Shown here one piece after another: positions 21,690 to 32,273 of a DNA stretch of 64,000 nucleotides. The notes under the pieces are model-generated. The model was not told where the DNA came from, searched no databases, and was given only the letters and a program-made list of their open reading frames with translations. Made by a program: the position numbers and the translations under genes. Origin of the DNA: Thermodesulfobacteriota bacterium (GTDB lineage: Bacteria; Desulfobacterota; Desulfarculia; JACQYL01); NCBI GenBank assembly GCA_963675595.2, contig CAXXLZ010000002.1, forward strand, positions 160,001-224,000, written 5' to 3'. How positions within the stretch are numbered: the stretch's first letter is position 1; each line of letters starts with the position of its first letter.

Positions 21690-21732
21690 ATGAACTCGGC
21701 AATTCACCATACCGATGCATGGAGGCGACGGT

Positions 21733-21966
21733 ATGACCATCCGCAAGAAAACAACCACGGTCTATCTGGATCCCGTGATCCATACCGCCTTGAAGAAGAA
21801 GGCGTCCGAAACGTCCCGATCCCTGTCCGACCTCGTCAATGAGGTCCTTGAACGAACTCTCGCCGAGGACGCGGAGGACCTGTCCGCCTTTGAACAAAGG
21901 GCGGACGAACCCTTGCTCACCTACGATAAGATGCTGAAAAGGCCCAAGGACGCCGGCTGGATATAG
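21733..21966 (+). CDS. Ribbon-helix-helix (CopG-like) antitoxin
   Basis: TTVYLD...ALKKKA...SLSDLVNE...LAEDAEDL; RBS GGAGG. Confidence 0.8.
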   Translation: MTIRKKTTTVYLDPVIHTALKKKASETSRSLSDLVNEVLERTLAEDAEDLSAFEQRADEPLLTYDKMLKRPKDAGWI

Positions 21967-23965
21967 GGTGTCCTTCCGAGTGCCCGTAAGATAGAAGCCG
22001 TTATCCTCCACGGGATGAGACGCCCCCTCCCCTTTCCACATCATCAGCCCGTCAACCAACGCCTCCCGGGATCGCCGAGCCCCAGCTCGGCAAACCCTAT
22101 TCCATCCATCCGCCAAACCTTCAGGGCCGCTCGTCCTTGTTCAATCGTTCCTATTCACACAGTCGCCGGGAGGACGCCGGCAATGGGGTCACAGCGGAAA
22201 AGGTGGGCCTTCGGCCGTCTCTCGGGCAGGCACTATGGCCTGCCCCTACAATAGACGAGTTCCCCCCCTGAAGGATTGCTTTCAAAGAGCAACCTCCCGA
22301 CCTCTCATGGGTCAATCAACAACGACTCAATTCACAACCCCCTGAACGCCTACCATCCCCTCCTTCCACATCATCAGACCGTCGCCCAACGCCCCCCCTG
22401 GGATCGCCGAGCCCCAGCTCGGCAAACCCTATTCCATCCATCCGCCAAACAGCCAGAGTCGCTCACGCTTGTTCCATCTGATGCGGAGCGGACCCTACTG
22501 GTTGGCTGCGCGATTGTCTGCGGAGCTTGGTGCCGAGCCGGCATTCGGCGCTCCCAGGACAAACCCAACCACGCTATGTACGCGCAAGGGACGGAACGAA
22601 CCCTCGCTCACCTGCGATGAGATGCTGAAAAGGCCCAAGGACGCCGGCTGGATATAGGGTGTCCTTCCGAGTGCCCGTAAGATAGAAGCCGTTATCCTCC
22701 ACGGGACGGGACGCCCCCTCCCCTTTCCACATCATCAGCCCGTCAACCAACGCCCCCCGGGATCGCCGAGCCCCAGCTCGGCAAACCCTATTCCATCCAT
22801 CCGCCAAACAGCCAGAGTCGCTCACGCTTGTTCCGTCTGATGCGGAGCGGACCCTACCGGTTGGCTGCGCGATTGTCTGCGGAGCTTGGTGCCGAGCTGG
22901 GGCTCGGCGCTCCCAGGACAAACCCAACCACGCTATGTACGCGCAAGGAACGGAACGAACCCTCGCTCACCTATGATGAGATGCTGAAAAGGCCCAAGGA
23001 CGCCGGCCGGATATAGGGTGTCCTTCCGAGTGCCCGTAAGAGAAGAGCCGTTATCCTTCACGGGACGGGACGCCCCCGCTCCTCCCACATCATCAGCCCG
23101 CCGCCAAACGCCCCCCGGGATCGCCGAGCCCCAGCTCGGCAAACCCTATTCCATCCATCCGTCAAACAGCCAGAGTCGCTCACGCTTGTTCCGTCTGATG
23201 CGGAGCGGGCCTTACCGGTTGGCTGCGCGATTGTCTGCGGAGCTTGGTGCCGAGCTGGGGCTCGGCGCTCCCAGGACAAACCCAACCACGCTATGTACGC
23301 GCAAGGAACGGAACGAACCCTCGCTCACCTGCGATGAGATACTGAAAAGGCCCAAGGACGCCGGCTGGATATAGGGTGTCCTTCCGAGTGCCCGTAAGAG
23401 AAGAGCCGTTATCCTACACGGGATAAGACGCCCCCTCCCCTTTCCACATCATCAGCCCGCCGCCAAACGCCCCCCGGGATCGCCGAGCCCCAGCTCGGCA
23501 AACCCTATTTCATCCATCCGCCAAACCTTCAGGGCCGCTCACGCTTGTTCAATCTGATGCGGAGCGGACCCTACTACTGGTTGGCTGCGCGATTGTCTGC
23601 GGAGCTTGGTGCCGAGCCGGCATTCGGCGCTCCCAGGACAAACCCAACCACGCTATGAGCGTGCAAGGGAAGGGACGAACAGTTGGTTGCGAGGAATGGC
23701 GGTAGACATACCGTGAAGCCTACCGATGGATAATGCTTTTTCGGAGATCAGTCGAATAGGAAATTTGGGCGGGCCACACCGCCTCCGGCGGAGAGGCTCT
23801 CGGCGGCAAGACATCTCAGGGCTCTGAAGCCTTCCGACCCGGCCCGCTGCCACAGGAGAAGAACCCGAGACGCCCTTCACGGGATGAGACGCCCCTCCCC
23901 TTTCCACATCATCACCCCGTCGCCGAACGGCCCCCCTGGGATCGCCGAGCCCCAGCTCGGCAACA
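21905..23965. repeat. Tandem ~359-bp array built on inverted REP-like palindromes (REPIN/BIME-like)
   Basis: AT(G/A)CTGAAAAGGCCCAAGG recurs at 21931, 22622, 22981 and 23339; 6 forward GGGATCGCCGAGCCCCAGCTCGGCA and 4 inverted copies. Confidence 0.92.
22224..22249 (-). repeat. GTAG-type REP
   Basis: Minus strand GTAG-GGGCAGGC-CATAGT-GCCTGCCC. Confidence 0.6.
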
Positions 23966-24282
23966 ACACGCGAAAGATACGGAACGAATCCGGGATCGCA
24001 TCCAGACCGTCGGACCTTCCTCCCTCAGGCATTCCCTTCACCCGCAGCTTCACCCACTTTCGGCCCCCCGCTGAAACACAAAAAACGAATTCGCCGGCAT
24101 TTCTCATGACATTCATGAGTGGAGCTCATGGATTTCATGAGGCCAAAACCATGGATCCGCCTATTGTCATCCGTGAGAAAGTCGGTGTATGATAATCAAT
24201 GTTCCCGAAATAGTCTTAAAAGACCGGCATTCCCATTGATTTCCAACAGTGGTTCTGCCGCATGAGCACCGGAAGACGTAGG

Positions 24283-24482
24283 ATGAGAGTATTCAGCATC
24301 ATCGCGATGGATCTGGACGGCGTCTTGGTCGCCTCGGTCCCGGCCCTTCGCGGCTGTCATACGCAGGCCAAGTCCCTGGCACCTTGATGAAAAGGACCCA
24401 AGAGGCCGTTGCGCTGTGCCTTGAGGTGGAACAACGATTCTTAGGTCAATCCATTGGCACGCAAAACGAGGCCGTTGGTTCA
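24283..24482 (+). pseudogene. Degenerate hicB duplicate
   Basis: MRVFSII...ASVPALRGCHTQAKSL then a 1-nt deletion and stop; the remainder aligns to hicB 21262-21468. Confidence 0.8.
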
Positions 24483-25049
24483 GGATCGATTCTCCAACGC
24501 CGATGAACGATGGGTAGATCAGAGCGTTACACCGATGCCAAAACCAATGTTGGCAAAGTCACTCAGGGGTATTCACCGTTGCCAGGGGTAGAAAAGACTG
24601 TACAGGGGTAATCTGTATGGTGTCCCCATATTATATGCCATAGTCTACTATCTATTGCGAAAAATATCGAAATACCCAGTTTTCTACCAACTGTCACAAA
24701 AACTGCCACACCCTTCATTATTAGGCCTATTATCATTTTTTTATTATATCCATTAAAGATACTCATACAGTTCTAACATAATCAAAATCTCCTTTTTTTA
24801 TCCGCTTCAATACCAAACTGTAGAGGTATTGTATAATGTCATCCAATGTCTTTGAGCTATATAATATAGAACAATTTGGCAACCTTCTCCTAGTAATCAC
24901 ATTTATCCTATTACTGGCTCCATACATAGGCGGAATAAAATTGGGACTCGTCGATATCCCCAAGTTCCCACCAGCAATACGCAAGAAGCTCAAACTGTTT
25001 GGCCCGGTTTCATTTATATTAGTTTTTGCACTACATATTGTTGAACTAG

Positions 25050-26591
25050 AGTTTAGAGCCATGCGGGGCAGCCAAGTTTGTATAGAAGAGCATAGTTCTC
25101 CAAGACGGGTTGAATACCGTTGACGTAAGGCTTTGAGATGATTGACTGAACACGGATATCAGGCAGCGCGCCCCAAGTCTTCCGGAGAATCGGTGAATTC
25201 CGGTTGGAATTTTTTGGATTTCCGGTTCCACATGGCTCGCACGTTTAAGTTGCCGAAAAGACGACCGATGGCTGCGGCCATCCAGCCGGCGGTGGCGGGC
25301 CTGTTCTTTCTCCAAGGGATTGGAAACATCGTATAGGCCGCGTTGGGACCCAGGCAGAGCGCCAAGAGCCGTGGCAAGCCGTAGGCCAGGCACAAGATCA
25401 TGCTCCATCGAGCCAATGTCTGCCGTGTCTGCTGCCAAGCATTTTTCAGTCCGAACAGGTGCTTGATCTCGTTGAACATGGGCTCGGTCCACCATCGTCG
25501 TGCATAGCGTGTAATCACTTCCGCGCCGTCCATGTCGGGATCGGTACTGATCAGAAGATGCCAATCGGACCAAGAGGGGTTGTCGGACATAAACCGGCAC
25601 CACACGATCTTGCACAACCGGCCGTCCAGGAAGCGGACTTTGGCTTTGGTTTGGTAGAACTGGAAAACTCGTTCCGAGCCGTAGGCAAAGAGGGTTTTCT
25701 CCACCGGACGACAGAATCGTCCGATGTTTTCCAACGTGAGTTTTTCCCCATACTTTCTGGGTCTGCCCCGTTTCTTCCGAGGCGGATTGTCCGGAGGCAA
25801 AAACAGGGCGGTATCTTTGCGGACTTGGCCGATGACCGTCACACCATCGCGAATCAGGGGAACCACCAGGGAGCTTTTCATATACCAGGCATCGAGCAGC
25901 AGAATAATGAGAAAGCGATCCGGCAGCCAAGTCATGAGAACGGACATCAAGAGCCGCGCCGCGTCCAGTTTGGTGGTGTTCCCTTTTTTGCGGATGAGCC
26001 GAAACAAGAGGGGAAACGCGGCTACCCGGCCCTTGTGGCGGCAGATGACAGCCAGAGAAACCCGAAGCTGTCCCCACAGGAATTTGGGGCGGTTGGGCCG
26101 GTGCGCGTGATCGTAATGCCAACCGGCGCAGGGAGCTTTCTTGGACGATCTGGGCAAAGGGAAGTCGTCTATGGCGAACTCGATGGATCGGTTTGGAATC
26201 CGTTTCAGGATCAGGCGCATCCATTGCCGGGCTAGCGCAAGCCATTGGAATCGGCCCTTTTCGATGGCCTTGTAATAGGCGGTCCAGGACAACTGGGGCC
26301 GAACGGCCAGAAGCGCGGAAGAAATATGGCCGCCGCGGCAGACCATACATCCCATCAGGAGTTCCAGAAGAGTCGGAGCTATTCTGCACGGAACGGCCTG
26401 AAATAGAAAGGAAATCCACTGCGATAGGAGCATAAGTGCTTGAGCCGTCGAATCCATTGGTTGACCCCCAAGGAAAGGTTTCTTTCCTTAAAGGGCCGCC
26501 AAAGGCGGCCGCGCATCCGCGCGGCAATGTCAAGTACTTTGTTGTCTTTATTCGCATTTTTCCTATACCAAGGGTCGCCAGACTCTAAACT
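25050..26591 (-). mobile_element. IS701-like insertion sequence with CTAG target duplication
   Basis: CTAG|AGTTTAGAG ... CTCTAAACT|CTAG; CTAG at 25046-25049 and 26592-26595; GC-rich inside a low-GC context. Confidence 0.88.
25159..26457 (-). CDS. DDE transposase (IS701/IS4-like)
   Basis: AIDD, LLDAWY, RGRPRKYG, YARRWWTEPMFNEIK. Confidence 0.9.
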   Translation of the reverse strand: MDSTAQALMLLSQWISFLFQAVPCRIAPTLLELLMGCMVCRGGHISSALLAVRPQLSWTAYYKAIEKGRFQWLALARQWMRLILKRIPNRSIEFAIDDFPLPRSSKKAPCAGWHYDHAHRPNRPKFLWGQLRVSLAVICRHKGRVAAFPLLFRLIRKKGNTTKLDAARLLMSVLMTWLPDRFLIILLLDAWYMKSSLVVPLIRDGVTVIGQVRKDTALFLPPDNPPRKKRGRPRKYGEKLTLENIGRFCRPVEKTLFAYGSERVFQFYQTKAKVRFLDGRLCKIVWCRFMSDNPSWSDWHLLISTDPDMDGAEVITRYARRWWTEPMFNEIKHLFGLKNAWQQTRQTLARWSMILCLAYGLPRLLALCLGPNAAYTMFPIPWRKNRPATAGWMAAAIGRLFGNLNVRAMWNRKSKKFQPEFTDSPEDLGRAA

Positions 26592-26694
26592 CTAGTTGTT
26601 GAATTCGATACTGATAATATCATGAGGGTTGGTGATGTCATTGGGACTAATATACTAATAATAATAAAATAGCTCAATTATTGGAGGTAGCGTT

Positions 26695-27555
26695 ATGGTT
26701 AGACTGATGATTTCTTTTATCATTATCCTGCTTTCCCAGAACATCTCATTCGCCCAAGACACAAGGTTACATGAATTTGTAGATGGGGAGATACTCAGAT
26801 CTGGTGATTTGAACGGTAATTTCAAGGCACTTATAGAGCTTATCAAAAAACAGCAAAACCGAATATCAAGCCTTGAAAATACTATGCTACCAAAGGAGAC
26901 CGCAAAAAAAACCTATTTGACGGAAAAGGATGTGCAAAACAAATTCATAAAGAAGAGCGTAGCGCCGCTGCTTTCTCAGGTTCGACCAGGAACAATCCTT
27001 GCGTACGCCGGGACTATCGATCAAAATGTTCAGGAAATCTTAAGGAAGTCAGGTTGGCTGCTGTGCCATGGAGACGAACTCAGAAAAAGCGATTATCGCG
27101 ACTTGTACAAAGCCATAGGAGATAACTGGGGTAAGCCAACCGATTCGGGCGATTTCAAGCTTCCCGATCTCAGAGGCCTCTTTCTGAGAGGTGTCAACCA
27201 AGATCGGAATGATCTATTTAAAGACCCTCAAGCAATGATAAGGAAGCAAGTAGACGGCTCACAGCACCCATCTCCCAATCAACCCGGATCGTTTCAGGAA
27301 TATGCAACCGCATCACCACGGAACTCCTTTAAGGCTGACGACGCCGGCGCACATACGCATACGATGCAGAGAGTTCTAATAAGCGGAGAGGTTCATGATG
27401 ATAGTAAAGATCTCCAGACTAATGCTGGAGGCTATCGGGCACATTGGGACGATAAGGGAACCTCATCAGATGGTCGACATCATCACAGTATCAGCGGTGG
27501 CGACCTGGAGACTAGACCAAATAACGCCTATGTTGAATGGATAATTAAATTCTGA
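26695..27555 (+). CDS. Phage tail-collar/tail-fibre domain protein with signal peptide
   Basis: PGTILAYAG, GWLLCHG, LYKAIG, FKLPDLRGLFLRG, GAHTH/GRHHH, ETRPNNAYVEWIIK; N-terminal Sec-like signal ending SFA. Confidence 0.85.
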   Translation: MVRLMISFIIILLSQNISFAQDTRLHEFVDGEILRSGDLNGNFKALIELIKKQQNRISSLENTMLPKETAKKTYLTEKDVQNKFIKKSVAPLLSQVRPGTILAYAGTIDQNVQEILRKSGWLLCHGDELRKSDYRDLYKAIGDNWGKPTDSGDFKLPDLRGLFLRGVNQDRNDLFKDPQAMIRKQVDGSQHPSPNQPGSFQEYATASPRNSFKADDAGAHTHTMQRVLISGEVHDDSKDLQTNAGGYRAHWDDKGTSSDGRHHHSISGGDLETRPNNAYVEWIIKF

Positions 27556-27701
27556 CGTGGCATGACATAGGGAACTGAGCCTCAGGATAGCAAATCCTTA
27601 CGGCTCTGAAAATATAAAACGGCATAACCTTCACTCACATGGATAATGAAAACAGCCCATAGGGCCCATTCCAAAGGCATCTCGAACGCGAGTTTGACAA
27701 A

Positions 27702-30700
27702 TTGGTACATATTCTCGATATCACAGGTGATGATATAGCACTTCTTGACGATACGGACCTTCGGACACTGATCGGCCTATTGTGCGAAGCGGACTACCGT
27801 TCGGCGGGCCTCCCAACCAAAGACATAATATGGGGCGGCCATCAAGATGCACCGGACGGTGGACTTGATGTGGTCGTTAAAGGGACAATATTACCACCGC
27901 CGAACAGCTCTATCCCTCGATCCGAAACCGGTTTTCAGGTCAAGAAGAGCGACATGCCGAAGAGGAAGATCATAGATGAAATGAAACCTAAAGGTGTCTT
28001 TAGAGATGACATCAGGAACCTCGCTGATAAGAACGGAGCCTACATTATAGTCAGCTCGAATGGATCAACCACGTCTAAGGCATTAAAATCCCGGATTGAT
28101 GCCATGAAAGAGGCAGTCAGGGGGGAACTGAACGAGGAGGATATCTTCCTCGACTTCTATGACCGAGGTCGAATCGCAACTTGGATACGTTCACATCCAT
28201 CGCTGGTTTTATGGGTTCGCGGTAAGATCGGTAAGTCTCTATTTGGCTGGCATCCCTATGAAAACTGGGCGAACCCACCCGGAGGTACCAACGAAGAGTA
28301 TTTGTTGGATGAGGAAATGAGGCTGGATGAACGACCCAGGAGCAAAGACGGAGAAATGTCCATCAAAGACGGTTTGGAGAGGCTCCGAAAAACCCTGTCA
28401 AACCCGGGAAGTTCGGTGCGCTTGACCGGCTTGTCGGGAGTTGGCAAGACACGGCTGGTTCAGGCACTTTTTGATGACAGGGTGGGCCAAAATGCACTTA
28501 ATCCCTCACAGGCTATTTACACAGACACTGCAGATAGTCCATCTCCCGCGCCGCTCGCCTTCGCTGAGAGCATAAAGGCAGAGAAGAAGCGGGCGATACT
28601 GATTGTTGATAATTGCCCACCTGACCTACATCGCCGTTTGACTAAAACCTGCTACACAAGCGACGTCAGCATACTCACAGTCGAATACGACATTCGTGAA
28701 GATATTCCAGAAGAAACAAGAGTGTTCATCCTGAAGCCGTCCAGTGAAAAGGTTATTGAACAACTAATAAGAAATCGCTTCACGCAAATCAGCCATGTCA
28801 ATGCGCGAACAATAGGGGAGTTCTCCGGCGGGAACGCACGCGTGGCTATTGCCCTTGCCCACACGGTGGAAAGAGGCGAAACCTTATCAGGGTTCAGCGA
28901 CGAAGACTTATTTGAGAGACTCTTCCGACAGCGGCATGATTCCAACACTGATCTGCTTGTTTCTGCGGAAGCTTGCTCACTTGTATACTCGTTTGAAGGT
29001 ACGGATGTGGATTCAGAAGCATCAGAGATTCTGCTTCTGGCATCGCTCATTGGGAAATCGGCTGCCGAGCTGTACAGAGATGTCGCGAAGCTTGGGGAAC
29101 GCGGCCTGATACAATCCAGAGGCCAATGGAGGGCCTTGCTACCCCATGCAATCGCCAATTGGCTCGCCAAGCGAGCACTCAAAGCCATTCCGAAACAGAC
29201 CATCACTCAATCAATCCTCGGGAGTGGGTCTGAACGATTGATCAAGTCCTTCACCCGCCGTCTTAGCTATCTGGATGGCTGCGAACCGGCGGTCGAGATC
29301 GCAAATGATTGGCTGTCGGAGCACGGATGGATTGGTGAGGCGAACTGCAATTTCAGTGATTTTGGAATGGAAGTGTTCAAGAACCTAGCACCGGTATCAC
29401 CGGAAAAAGCCTTGGAATTAATCGAAAGAGCAGCCAAGTTGGATCACAAAGGCAACCTGTTGTCCCGCGAGAACGCACACTTCTATGATTTTGTCCTCCT
29501 TCTTCGACACATAGCCTATGACCAAGAATTATTTGATAGAAGCGTCAGGCTAATATTACCTTTTGCGATATCCGAGAACCCGGATGAGAAGTATTATTCT
29601 ACACGTAATGTCTTGAAGTCTCTTTTCTCTATTTATCTGTCCGGTACTCGTGCCTCGATAGAATCAAGGGCAAGCATCATCGAAAAATTGGTGGGCTCAG
29701 ATGACTCTGATTCACAAGAAATTGGATTGTTCCTATTAGATGCCACACTTGAAACTTACCACTTCATCTCCGCCTACGAGTTTGAGTTCGGAGCCAGATC
29801 GAGGGATTTTGGCTATGTACCAAGAACGAACAAAGAGGTTATGGGTTGGTATCAATTGTTTATAGGCATTTGCACCCGCCTCGCCCTATCGGGTCGTTCA
29901 ATTGCGCAACGAGCAAGAAAAATTCTGTGCATCCATTTTCGCGGATTATGGACCAACGCAGGAATGTTCAGAGTATTGGAAGAAGAAGTTGCCCGTATCC
30001 ATCAACAGCAGCCATTAAACGAGTGCTGGGCTCCCATCAAAGAAACACTCAAGTATGACGGCGGTAGACTGGAAAAGGACTCATTGGCAGCCCTTAACCG
30101 TCTTGAAAAACTTCTGAGGCCTTCCTCCCTTATCGAACGTGCACGGACCTTCGCATTATCCAGCAGGTATGACATTTTTTGTGTCGCAGACGATTCCTCC
30201 GACAGCCCAAGTCGAAGTCAATCGTTGAACCAAACGGGACAGAATATCCGCGAAATAGGGACTGAGGTTGCTCAAGATATGGATACCTTAGAACTATTGT
30301 TGCCGGAGCTTGTATCTAAGTATGCCCCTGGCCTTCATAGCTTCGGGCTCGGGCTTGCGGATGGCTGCCAAAGCAAAAAAGAGCTATGGCAGAAACTGGT
30401 ATCCCAGCTAAGGAAAACGCCCCGTGAAAACCGAGTATTTAACGTTTTCATGGGATTCCTCGCATCTTGCGCCGAAACTGATCCCGAATTCTGTAACGCG
30501 ACTCTTGACGCTATGATAACCGATGACCTTATGTCGGACTATTTCCCCATTCTCCAAACAGCTGTACCGATTGATAAAGAGGCTGTCGAACGGTTGAGAA
30601 AGGCCTTGGATTATGGTCGAGCGAAACCTGAGACTTTCGGACATATTGCCCAGGTACAACGGCATAAATCCATATGTGACGACGACTTGGCCGATCTCCT

Positions 30701-31532
30701 AGATGTCATGCTCTCAAGAGAAGATGGGATTTACGTTGTTATCCAAATTCTGAAAATGAGGTTTCACGATCCAGATACTGGAACTAACGGTCATTCAACA
30801 AAGTTGATTTCAGTAGCTCACAAAGTCCTTTCTACGTGGTCATTCTTTCGAGAACACAGAAAATACGGCAAGGATGATCACGGCTTAGCTCAATTGTCCA
30901 AGAATACCCTTGATTTTGATTATGATGAGTATATTACAAAGAAGCTATGTCACAATTTCATTAAAGCTTTTCTTACATGGAATGTTCATGCTCACGATTA
31001 TCCAGAATTGCTATCCGTTATTGCCGCCAAGCGGCCAGTCGTTTTTTTGGATATATTTATAGAAGAATATGATATCGGATACGAATTCCATAGAAGGCTG
31101 TCATACGGTGTATCTAATATCCATGAAAATCCGCTTAATCACATTCCGGATTCTACTATCATCTCCTGGTGCAAATCTGATCCGGAATGTCGATATTGTT
31201 TGATAGTAACGTCGTTACAGCTCTTCATAGCGTCGGATGAAACTGCAGAATTGAAGTGGCGACCTATTTTCTTCCTCCTTCTATCAAAAGCGCCTGACTT
31301 AGGCGCTGTTCTCAGCTCTCTTGATGCAACCATTACTCCGCTCTCTTGGTCCGGTTCTCTAGCGGATGTTCTTCAGAAGCGTCTCGTCCTGTTCGAGTCT
31401 TTGTACGAGCATGATGATGCTAAGGTCAGGACTTGGGCAAAAGCACAGTACCTGGCCCTTCAGCAAAAGATCGAAGTAGCACGAGAAGGAGAGGATCGTC
31501 GTAATCGTGCCGATGATTTGACTTTTGAATAA
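27702..31532 (+). CDS. Large nuclease-like/STAND-type NTPase (putative Avs-like defence protein)
   Basis: N-terminal PDGGLD...FQVK (PD-(D/E)xK-like), Walker A GLSGVGKT, Walker B ILIVDNC, long helical C-terminus; low GC. Confidence 0.7.
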   Translation: MVHILDITGDDIALLDDTDLRTLIGLLCEADYRSAGLPTKDIIWGGHQDAPDGGLDVVVKGTILPPPNSSIPRSETGFQVKKSDMPKRKIIDEMKPKGVFRDDIRNLADKNGAYIIVSSNGSTTSKALKSRIDAMKEAVRGELNEEDIFLDFYDRGRIATWIRSHPSLVLWVRGKIGKSLFGWHPYENWANPPGGTNEEYLLDEEMRLDERPRSKDGEMSIKDGLERLRKTLSNPGSSVRLTGLSGVGKTRLVQALFDDRVGQNALNPSQAIYTDTADSPSPAPLAFAESIKAEKKRAILIVDNCPPDLHRRLTKTCYTSDVSILTVEYDIREDIPEETRVFILKPSSEKVIEQLIRNRFTQISHVNARTIGEFSGGNARVAIALAHTVERGETLSGFSDEDLFERLFRQRHDSNTDLLVSAEACSLVYSFEGTDVDSEASEILLLASLIGKSAAELYRDVAKLGERGLIQSRGQWRALLPHAIANWLAKRALKAIPKQTITQSILGSGSERLIKSFTRRLSYLDGCEPAVEIANDWLSEHGWIGEANCNFSDFGMEVFKNLAPVSPEKALELIERAAKLDHKGNLLSRENAHFYDFVLLLRHIAYDQELFDRSVRLILPFAISENPDEKYYSTRNVLKSLFSIYLSGTRASIESRASIIEKLVGSDDSDSQEIGLFLLDATLETYHFISAYEFEFGARSRDFGYVPRTNKEVMGWYQLFIGICTRLALSGRSIAQRARKILCIHFRGLWTNAGMFRVLEEEVARIHQQQPLNECWAPIKETLKYDGGRLEKDSLAALNRLEKLLRPSSLIERARTFALSSRYDIFCVADDSSDSPSRSQSLNQTGQNIREIGTEVAQDMDTLELLLPELVSKYAPGLHSFGLGLADGCQSKKELWQKLVSQLRKTPRENRVFNVFMGFLASCAETDPEFCNATLDAMITDDLMSDYFPILQTAVPIDKEAVERLRKALDYGRAKPETFGHIAQVQRHKSICDDDLADLLDVMLSREDGIYVVIQILKMRFHDPDTGTNGHSTKLISVAHKVLSTWSFFREHRKYGKDDHGLAQLSKNTLDFDYDEYITKKLCHNFIKAFLTWNVHAHDYPELLSVIAAKRPVVFLDIFIEEYDIGYEFHRRLSYGVSNIHENPLNHIPDSTIISWCKSDPECRYCLIVTSLQLFIASDETAELKWRPIFFLLLSKAPDLGAVLSSLDATITPLSWSGSLADVLQKRLVLFESLYEHDDAKVRTWAKAQYLALQQKIEVAREGEDRRNRADDLTFE

Positions 31533-31676
31533 TGAAATATGGTCAAGTTTCGCCTTAAGCTGCTTAATTGAGACAGGATTTTTTGGAATTTAAAGATCAA
31601 ATCATAGAATTAGGGCATCTTCTTTTTCCGACCCTTCTATCATCAAACAACGAGCTATTGGGGAGAAATATGCACT

Positions 31677-32144
31677 ATGGGAACAATACTCACATCAACC
31701 GTTATCGCTGCTATCATCGCCGCCATTGTCTCCCTGTGGACTGCAGAACGGCGGATTAGTATCGAGAATATCACTCAAGAACGCAGGAATTGGCGTGAAA
31801 AAGTTCGAATCATGGCAATCGATGTGCATGACGCCTTGATTCGTAGGGACAAACACTTACTTGACAGGCTTCGCGCCGAATTCCGGCTCATGTTGAATCC
31901 GACAGATTCACATGACAATGAGATACTTGCTTGTATCTCACTACCTAATGAGGGGAATGAGTTAAATCGTGCAGAGATATTTGGGCACTGTGTGTCTGCT
32001 TTGCTCAAGCACGATTGGGAAAGGGCAAAATTCGAGGCGCGGCCTATTCCCCTACGACTATGTGTAATAATACGCAACACCCGCAAGTGGATTTGCGACA
32101 GACCACCAACACGAGAAGAGTGTAAGTGCCCTGACCAGACTTGA
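31677..32144 (+). CDS. Hypothetical protein with N-terminal membrane anchor
   Basis: 155-aa ORF, RBS GGGGAG, hydrophobic N-terminus, ITQERRNWRE...LKHDWERAK. Confidence 0.7.
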   Translation: MGTILTSTVIAAIIAAIVSLWTAERRISIENITQERRNWREKVRIMAIDVHDALIRRDKHLLDRLRAEFRLMLNPTDSHDNEILACISLPNEGNELNRAEIFGHCVSALLKHDWERAKFEARPIPLRLCVIIRNTRKWICDRPPTREECKCPDQT

Positions 32145-32273
32145 CTTGACAGTGTCCCTTCGGATTTTGGTTTTGTATTGGGTGGCCGCCGCTGTCCCCT
32201 CCGCCTCACCGGTCCTGAGGACTGCCAAGACAATTGGGCCGTCGACGCCCAAATGATTTAGTTTGGAGATTCT

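Larger units (their letters stand above)
24836..26672 (+). pseudogene. Small membrane protein gene interrupted by an IS
   Basis: Removing 25050-26595 restores the frame ...ALHIVEL-VVEFDTDNIMRVGDVIGTNILIIIK*. Confidence 0.6.

Noticed and set aside
21905-23965. CRISPR array
   Set aside because: The period is about 359 bp, the sequence between palindromes is itself repeated rather than unique, and no cas genes are present
24540-32150. Prophage or integron
   Set aside because: Only one tail-collar-domain gene and no integrase, capsid or terminase; GCATAAC near 27622 has no matching GTTRRRY partner
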